Below are positions 55,663 through 64,000 of a stretch of 64,000 bases of DNA, piece after piece. Each line of letters begins with the position of its first letter. Position 1 is the first letter of the stretch. The notes under the pieces were generated by a model, which saw only the letters and a program-made list of their open reading frames with translations, had not been told where the DNA came from and ran no database searches. This DNA is from Octopus sinensis (taxonomy: Eukaryota), in contig NC_043002.1 in the NCBI RefSeq assembly GCF_006345805.1, forward strand, positions 6,572,001 to 6,636,000, given 5' to 3'. A program made the translations under genes and the position numbers.

Positions 55663-56263
55663 TTGTGTGTCTGTGTGTGTATGTGTGTGTATGTGTGTGC
55701 ATGTACGTGGACTTGTATGTGTGTGCGTGTGTCTGTTGGAACGAGACGCTAAAATAAAAGTGGAAAAACATAATTTAAATCCGAAAAAATAGGTAAAGAA
55801 ATATAGAATTTATATAATAAAAAGAAACTGTAAATGATTGGCAAGCATAAATATTTATTTACCTGCCTGCACGATCGCTCAAAGATGATATAAAGAATGT
55901 AATATTGATCCATTATGGAAGGGTAACATAATAATATCCGATAAAATGCGACGATTATATTTATAAATTATTGATTCATTATTAGTGAGATTCCATTTTT
56001 TTGTTTGTGTTTTGTAAGAAATGAAAGTATTGGCAATCCAGTATAATTTTGCTTGAGTCAAGATATGACCCGCTATGGTGTTGCCCTACATGCTAGAAAT
56101 AGCAGCCAAATGCTTCAGTATGCATTTTACCGTCTTAAAACGAATTAAATGAAACTGTGGTAATGTGGTTTTAGATATACATTATGAGCAGATGGACAGG
56201 ACTGGAATCCAGGATGATAAGGAACCAAACAATATTGAGAACATATAACTGATAGTTAACATA

Positions 56264-56672
56264 GGCGCAGGAGTGGCTGTGTGGTAAGTAGCTTGCTTAC
56301 CAACCACACGGTTCCGGGTTCAGTCCCACTGCGTGGCATCTTGGGCAAGTGTCTTCTGCTATAGCCCCGGGCCGACCAATGCCTTGTGAGTGGATTTGGT
56401 AGACGGAAACTGAAAGAAGCCTGTCGTATATATGTATATATATGTATGTGTGTGTGTGTGTGTTTGTGTGTCTGTGTTTGTCCCCCTAGCATTGCTTGAC
56501 AACCGATGCTGGTGTGTTTACGTCCCCGTCATTTAGCGGTTCGGCAAAAGAGACCGATAGAATAAGTACTGGGCTTACAAAGAATAAGTCCCGGGGTCGA
56601 TTTGCTCGACTGAAGGCGGTGCTCCAGCATGACCGCAGTCAAATGACTGAAACAAGTAAAAGACTAAAAGAG
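56264..56672 (+). mobile_element. Full-length group B (CORE-like) SINE
   Basis: GGCGCAGGAGTGGCTGTGTGGTAAG...GGTTCAGTCCC...CATCTTGGGCAAGTGTCTT; internal microsatellite; conserved 3' half. Confidence 0.9.
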
Positions 56673-57288
56673 TATATCTAGATTAAGTTATAAATCTAAG
56701 ACCGAAATGTCCGCGATTCGTGTGCCATCTTATTCTGTATTTCATGTCTGTATTATTTCCGATTTAAGTAGCTTGCATATCTATTCTATATTGCATTACC
56801 AGGGCAATGACAATTTTACAATCAGGACTTACAAATTTTTGCCAAGTGATATCATGATATTATATGAAAACGTTGCTTCGTTATTGCAAGGGGTGTGAGA
56901 ACAAGCCCTTATTTCAAACCCAACGATACATTCTAGTCATTAATACCATAGTACCATTAGTACCATTAGTATGTGTCTCGGCTTTCCTTTGTTTACCCAC
57001 TTGCTTTGATGCGCTGCTTCATTGTTGACAGGGTTCACAAGCAAAGGTAGGCTTCTGGTTTAGTTCACCTAACTATAAATGAATTACATGAGCTTATACA
57101 CGACACAAACCGTGAACGTATGATGGTCAAATGACTGTTCAGAATAATAATATTCAAAATATTTCTTCATCTTTCTCTAATCTCTTTGTTAAAGAATTCC
57201 AAATATTTCCTCATAACTCTGTAAGCGAATGTATCACAACAGCCTAGAAATTGAACGTAAACGAGGTTATAATTATCTCATTCGTAAT

Positions 57289-57500
57289 GGCGGTGAGCTG
57301 ACAGAATCCTTAGCATGCACGTCAAAATGTTTAGCGACATTTCGTCCATCTTTACATACTGTGTTCAAATTCCGCCGTGGCCGACTTTGACTTTCATCCT
57401 TCGGGGTCGATAAAATAAGTGCCGGTTGAACACTGGATTCGAAATAATCGACTTAGTCCCTCTCCCAAACTCATTGGTCTGGCGCCAGAAATTTGAAACC
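57289..57500 (+). mobile_element. Older group A-related SINE with an alternative 3' tail
   Basis: Diverged head and body; tail AGTCCCTCTCCCAAA...GAAATTTGAAACC; ~18-bp TSD AATTATCT(C/T)ATTC(G/A)TAAT at 57271 and 57501. Confidence 0.8.
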
Positions 57501-58024
57501 AATTATCTTATTCATAATCTGAGAAGAAACTAGGGAATCTGAGACACATCTTCAGTGGAAACAAAATGCGATGTTGTTCTTGAATTTTAAACAATTCTAT
57601 GAAAATGTTAAAGAACTTGAATAGGAACTTGAAACAAAAGCTTTTGCAGAATATCTTCTTTGTCACTTATTTGATGCGTATTTATAGATATTTTTACCTA
57701 CCTCTATAAGTAGGGCAGTAGAACGGAAGAAAAACACTGAAATCATTCACTAACGTGTAAATTATTTAGATACATATGTTTGTATGTATGCATGTATGTA
57801 TGCATTCACGTTTGTTTGTAGGTATGTATGTATAAAGAAAAAAGAGAGGGAATGGATAAAGTGGAACAGAATAATATTTAAAACGGAAATAAAGAAGCTG
57901 TGTATATGTATCTACACACACATATGTATGTATACATAGATACATATAAATATGTGTATATGTTTTTATACATGCATATATATATATACACACACATATA
58001 TATATATATGTATATGTATATATA

Positions 58025-58060
<36 letters not shown>

Positions 58061-58151
58061 CACAAAAGAACATACATTGCGCATTAAATAATGATTTCAG
58101 CATTTTCTCCCGTTTTAACACGTTATGTAGCTATAAATATCTATACATATG

Positions 58152-58191
<40 letters not shown>

Positions 58192-58963
58192 GGTGTGTGT
58201 GTGCGTGCGTGCATGTAGAGGCGTGAATGTCTTTGCGTACATGTGTGCGCATGTGCGTGTGTCTGCAAGTCTGCGTTTGTAAGTGTGTACATTTCTTTTT
58301 ATCCTTAAATTATTTCCTAATAACTTGTGTTATTTCATATTTTTTTTCTTTTCCCCTTAGTCTGTCAAGGAAATTTGATATTCTTCATGTTGACTTAATC
58401 TTTCAAAGTAAGTAGCATCGCCATATTTTTCCTCATATTCAACTTAATACTTATTCCTTTCTTTTTATTTTAATCTAGCTCTACTCTTTGATCTGAAGGA
58501 AGGCTTTGAATTATTATTGCTCTTATTATTATTTTTCACTTTCCACTTGGCAAAAGAAATCCTATGTACATCCTTTTTTGCAGAATTTGGCACCCTTGCT
58601 CTCGGAATTGAATGATATTTTAAGAGAGGAATGCTTATCACTACTTCATATTTTATTTTCTCTTTATATATAACAACATATAACAATATATAACTATCTG
58701 TATGTATGTATGTATGTATATCTATACGCACACACACACACACAAACACACACAGAAAAATACTAACACAGAATTACAAAATTATTCTCGGTGCAACATA
58801 TACGAAAAGAACTTGTGTTATCGTACTCACTTTAGATAACGAAGGAGTTCGTGAAAATCAAGTACTATGCTACGGATTTGAACTTAGAACTTTCTGGGAA
58901 GTAACACACACACGCTTCAGCCGCTCATAAATATTCATACGCACGAGTGCGTGTATGTATGTA

Positions 58964-59052
<89 letters not shown>

Positions 59053-59084
59053 CCATATATACGCTTGTGTATATATGTATAAAT

Positions 59085-59162
<78 letters not shown>

Positions 59163-59197
59163 CACATGTTATATATAATATATATATAGGTAGCTAG

Positions 59198-59482
59198 ATG
59201 CAGGAGTGGCTGTGTGGTAAGAAGCTTGCTTACCAACCGCATGGTCCCGGGTTCAATCCCACTGTGTGGCACCTTGGGCAAGTGTCTTCTACTATAGCCT
59301 CGAGCAGACGAAAGCCTTGTGAGCGGATTTGGTAGACGGAAACTGAAAGCGAAAGCAAAAGTTACCCATAGAATAAGTACTAGGCTTACAAAGAAAAAGC
59401 TCTGGGTCGATTTGCTCGACTAAAGGCGGTGCACCAGCATGGCCGCAGTCAAATGACTGAAACAAGTAAAAGAATAAAAGAA
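59198..59482 (+). mobile_element. Group B SINE with the microsatellite segment deleted
   Basis: Head joined directly to ATAGAATAAGTACTAGGCTTAC of the 3' half. Confidence 0.85.
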
Positions 59483-59951
59483 TATATATATATACACACA
59501 GACATAGACACACATACACATACACACACACACGCATATATATATCGTCCTGTATGGGACCGCTGCATTTAGTTAGCAATTGTATTTTATATATATGTAT
59601 GTATATATATATACATATATACATATATATTATATATATGTATGTATATATATATACATATATACATACATATATATATATGTGTGTGTGTGTGTGGTGT
59701 GTGTGGTGTGTGTGTGTATGTGTGTGTGTGTGTGTATGTATATATGAGCAAAAATGATATCGTTTCTTAGTACAATCCAAATATTCTATTACTTGTAAAT
59801 GGTGGAATCCTTCCAAATGCATCTATTGTCTTCTACTCTATAATGAGTAAAATTTACTAATTCTAGCCGAGTCTGATGTTTGTCTCGACGTGTTTCGCTG
59901 TTCAGTGTATTCTGTTCATTATGTTACAGTATAATTGTTTTTATGAGTATA

Positions 59952-59992
<41 letters not shown>

Positions 59993-60128
59993 TAATGTTT
60001 ATTTATAGAGGTACTCTGGATGATGTAGGAGCTGTGATATCGACAGACACCGATACCGCAACAGCTATCAGCAAATGGTATAAACGTCTACTCTCTCACA
60101 TGTCTTATCTGGGCAATGTATGTATGTA

Positions 60129-60514
60129 CTAGCAGTATCGCCCGGCGTTGCTCAGGTTTGTAAGGGAAATAACTATAAAGCATTTTTAGAGAGTTATAGC
60201 CAAAAAATAGCAAAAAAATGGAAAAAAAATTATGGTAAATTTTTTTGGGAAAGTTAAAAAATGTCGAGTTGCGTCCCCTAGTCAGTCTGTGGTTTGTGTT
60301 TCTGATTCTCGACCCCATGTCGAATTTATCGATTTTTTTCAGAACTGGAGGAACTTTTCAAAATTGTCGCTGCGTTAGTTTTGAATTATGACATTGGGCT
60401 ATGTGTGTGTCAAGTTTCATCAGAATCGGTTGAAAGCAGTGGTCAGGGTGAGGGTACAACCAAACAGACACACAGAAACACACACAGACAAACTGCCGTT
60501 TATATATAGAGAGA
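60129..60514 (-). mobile_element. Non-autonomous Helitron sharing its 3' ~110 bp with the 16475 element
   Basis: Minus strand A|TCTCTCTATA start; plus strand ACTAGCAGTATCGCCCGGCGTTGCTCAGGTTTGTAAGGGAAATAACT terminus. Confidence 0.8.
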
Positions 60515-60549
60515 TGTATGTATGTATGTATGTATGTGTTTGTATGTAT

Positions 60550-60993
60550 GTATTTGTCTGTGTTTGACCCCCACCAAAGGTTGGCAACAGATGCTGGTAT
60601 GTTTACGTCCCCGTAACTTAATGGTCGGGCACAGGACCGATAGAATAAGTACTAGGCTTACAAAAAAAAATGTCCTGGGATTGATTTGTTCGACTAAAGG
60701 CAATACTCCAGCATGACCACAGTCAAATGATTGAAACTATTAAATGAATAAAAGACTATATGTATGTCTAAATATTTTTTTACTTGTTTCAGTCATTTCA
60801 CTGCGCCCATGCTGGAGAACCACATTTAGTTGAACAAATCGACCCCAGGACTTATTCTTAATCCACTCACAAGGCTTTGGTCGGCACGTGACCATAGTAC
60901 AACTCACTCGACCAAGGTGCCACGTAGTGGGACTGAATCCGGAACGATGTGGTTGGGAAGCAATCTTCTTACCACACAGCCACTCCTACGCCT
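60550..60993. mobile_element. Two group B SINE pieces arranged tail-to-tail
   Basis: Plus-strand 3' half at about 60550-60755; minus-strand internally deleted copy at about 60780-60993. Confidence 0.8.
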
Positions 60994-61599
60994 ATATATA
61001 TATATTGTTGGCATTCTTTTTGTCTCGGGAGACAATGGAGTTGCGCATAAAATAATCTAGTCCGGCTTTTACATTTCATGTCCTAATACATTTCCTGCTG
61101 TGGCTGTGTAGTCCTATCTTGGACAAACACTCACGCTGGCAGGTGCCGCAAATGTAATATATATGTATATATATATATTTACCCTGAATATATATATATA
61201 TATACATATAATAACATAAATAATATATAAACATATGCATATATACATACATATATGTACATACCTACATATATATGTATATATACATGAATATATGGGT
61301 ACAAGACACCAAAACGTTGAACACAATGATAAACGAAAATATATATATATGTATGTATGTGTGTATGTATATATATATATAGTCCTCTATGGGACCGCCA
61401 CATTTAGTTGGCAAATATATACATATATATTTATGTGCGAAAATGATATCGTTTCTTAGTACATTCCAAATATTGTTACCTGTAAATGGTGGAAAAGCCT
61501 TCCAAATACATCTATTGTTTTCTACTATATAATGAGTAAAATTTACTTAAAATTTACTTGTTTGACTTGCCGTGTTTCAATGAAAAGAATTACATCTAA

Positions 61600-62400
61600 G
61601 TTAGACGCGCAGCACTTGGAACGAGATTTGCCCCCGTTTATGCGAACTCAGTAATGAGATACTTAGAAAGAGCAAAACGACGTCACTGAAAGTAGACGGT
61701 ATATCAAAGATGCTTGGGGAGAGATAACTTGACGATTGCTTCATAATCTGGAAAAAATTTCTAGACACTCCGGAAGAATTCAATATCCCCCTGAACGATC
61801 TGTAGCCAACTCTCCAAGTTACAAAGGAGATGTACAAATGGTAGTGCCAAATTACCATTTCTAGACATAATGGTAATTAAAAGTGACACCATTGATATAT
61901 ACTAGAATCACACTGACACGCATCAATACCTGAACTTCAAATCGTGCCATCTAACACATACAGAAAGCAATATCCCATATTGTCAAGCCAGAAACATTTA
62001 TACCGTTGTGAAGGATGTGAATACTTAAGACCTAATAGAACTCAAAGAATTTCTAGTGAAACAAAAATACCCGTCTCTACTTGTAAAAAAGGGTATACAG
62101 CGTGCTACAGAAATATCAGTACAACAACTTAGGGCAATCCAAGAAAGAGGAAAACAAGAATAGATTCTACCATTTATAGTGACACAATCCATGTCACCAA
62201 AATATCTTTAGCATTGCCAAAGCAAACTTGCGAATCATTGTTGAAGGTAATGAATTAAAGGATATAAGAACGGGCCAGATACGGTTCTAAGCAAAAGACA
62301 GCCAAAAAATTCCGAATAATTATTAACAAATTCAAAGTTCAACCTAAGCAACGATGACGAATCATTCAATGTATCTAAATGCAATGATAATCGAACACAA
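61600..62400 (+). pseudogene. Penelope-like element reverse transcriptase relic
   Basis: ALGTRFAPVYANSVMRYLE; R*LDDCFIIW (YxDD site); KLPFLDIMVIK; TDTHQYLNFKSCHLTHTESNIPYCQAR; many stops and frameshifts. Confidence 0.85.
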
Positions 62401-62462
62401 AAGCCAGAAGAATATTTGCAAATGCAAATATGAACTACGAAAGAAAGTAGAAATTTAATTTA

Positions 62463-62822
62463 CTCGCGGTCGGAGGATCGCGGTTTTTGATTCACAGACC
62501 GGGCGTTGTGTGTGTTTATTGAGCGAAAACACCTAAAGCTCAACGAGGCTCCGGCAGGGGGTGGTGGGCGACACCTGTTGTACTCTTTCGCTCCAACTTT
62601 CTCTCCCTCTTTCTTCCTGTTTCTTGTCCCCTACTTCCTACGCAACCGCTGAGCCTGGATGCACATTCATCCATCCGTCGATGCTCTCGGTGTCGGGGGT
62701 TGACCTGCTTTCTCTTCTGCGGGTCTTACGAATAGCAAAGGACCACGTTTCGGACTTCTCCCATCTTGGGAGCTCTGGGACGAAGACCGTTCGCTCAACA
62801 GCACAGCACAGCAACAGCAACA
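62463..62822 (+). mobile_element. 5'-truncated group C SINE with a third type of 3' tail
   Basis: CTCGCGGTCGGAGGATCGCGG...GAGCGAAAACACCTAAAGCTC body; tail GCTGAGCCTGGATGC...GAAGACCGTTCGCTC(AACAGC)n unlike tails 1 and 2. Confidence 0.8.
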
Positions 62823-63010
62823 GTGACAATAATAAAAGTGATGGTGATGATGGTGTTAGTGTTAACCATATCAACATTGACTTGATTGAAATGAAGAAAT
62901 TTCTGTAAAATTGTAGGAATGGTAGCAATAGAATTCAATGAAAAGTAAACAACATTCCTAAATATAGCGAAACAATTATTTCTTTAGGTGCGGTCAAAAT
63001 AAAGAATCCT

Positions 63011-63146
63011 TGACGTGCCCACCAAACCGTGACGTCCAAGCGGCACACCGATTGGTTAAAATATTTCGTTGAAAAAAGTGAGATAAATGCTAACCATGTT
63101 GGCGAATTCACTAAACCGTGGAATCTGAGCCACATACTGATTGGTC
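63011..63146. promoter_or_regulatory. Candidate promoter: two CRE-like and two CCAAT motifs
   Basis: TGACGT at 63011, TGACGTC at 63030, inverted CCAAT boxes CCGATTGGTT (63048) and CTGATTGGTC (63137). Confidence 0.35.
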
Positions 63147-63247
63147 AAAGTACAGTCCGTAAAATTCAGCCTGGTGGAGCCCATCGGGAGGTAGTTAAGG
63201 GGAAATTTAATCATTTCACTACAATTGTCAATTGTGGAACACAGCTG

Positions 63248-63257
63248 TCACCACCAA

Positions 63258-63341
<84 letters not shown>

Positions 63342-63352
63342 AACTACTGCTG

Positions 63353-63384
<32 letters not shown>

Positions 63385-63640
63385 GCTGCTGCTGCTACTA
63401 CTACTACTACTACCAGCACCGCCACTACTATTACTGCTACTACTACTACTACTACCACCACCACCACCACCACCAATACTACTACTACTGCTACTACAAC
63501 TGCTACTACTACTACTGCTACTACTACTACTACCACCACCACCACCACCACTACCAATACTACTACAACTGCTACTACTACTACTGCTACTACTACTACT
63601 ACTACAACTACTACTACTACTACTACAATCACTACTACTA
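63248..63640. repeat. (CTA/CCA/CTG)n trinucleotide array
   Basis: Direct reading; source of the poly-L/T/Y/S/V pseudo-ORFs. Confidence 0.95.
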
Positions 63641-64000
63641 CTTAAACATGATGATTGCACAACGCATGAAAGTACTTTGTTCTATCACAATAAATATATG
63701 ATACCCTAATATTCTAATATTGTAAAATTGTAAAAGTTGTAAATAATAAAACGTGAAAATCAGAATAGGTTGAAATTTCATTGATTAACATATGTGTGTG
63801 TGTGTGTGTGTGTGTATCATTTAGGAATGGATATACCGTATTTATGTATCTACAATTTATCAGAGAATGTATTGACCATTGTGTCCTTCCTTTTCTTTAT
63901 AGGCGAGAAAGTATGAGTTGAAACAGGTTTTGCTGCTATCTTTAGCAAATCGTGCGAACTTACAGTAGCTCTAAAATAATAACATCTGCTCTTCGTAAAT

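Overview
AT-rich, microsatellite-saturated eukaryotic intergenic or intronic DNA. It is most likely a coleoid cephalopod (Octopus-like), inferred from the tRNA-derived SINE families and the repeat landscape. I found no supportable host protein-coding exon; nearly all listed ORFs are translations of (TA)n, (CATA)n, (TTA)n or (CTA)n repeats or of SINEs. The window is a mosaic of decayed mobile elements: three tRNA-headed SINE groups, Tc1/mariner/maT transposase relics, piggyBac-, hAT- and TA-target MITEs, three non-autonomous Helitrons, a Penelope-like RT relic, and 3' ends of a CR1-group and an R4/Dong-like LINE. The strongest unexplained signal is a set of type I hammerhead ribozyme motifs. 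Three with intact cores plus one degenerate one lie within about 3.2 kb (4382-7542), and two more degenerate ones lie at 33116 and 53488. One sits inside a 348-bp tandem unit (retrozyme- or pLTR-like) and one in the loop of a 124-bp-arm foldback. A second signal is a SINE whose head-less body is concatemerised with the same junction at two independent loci.
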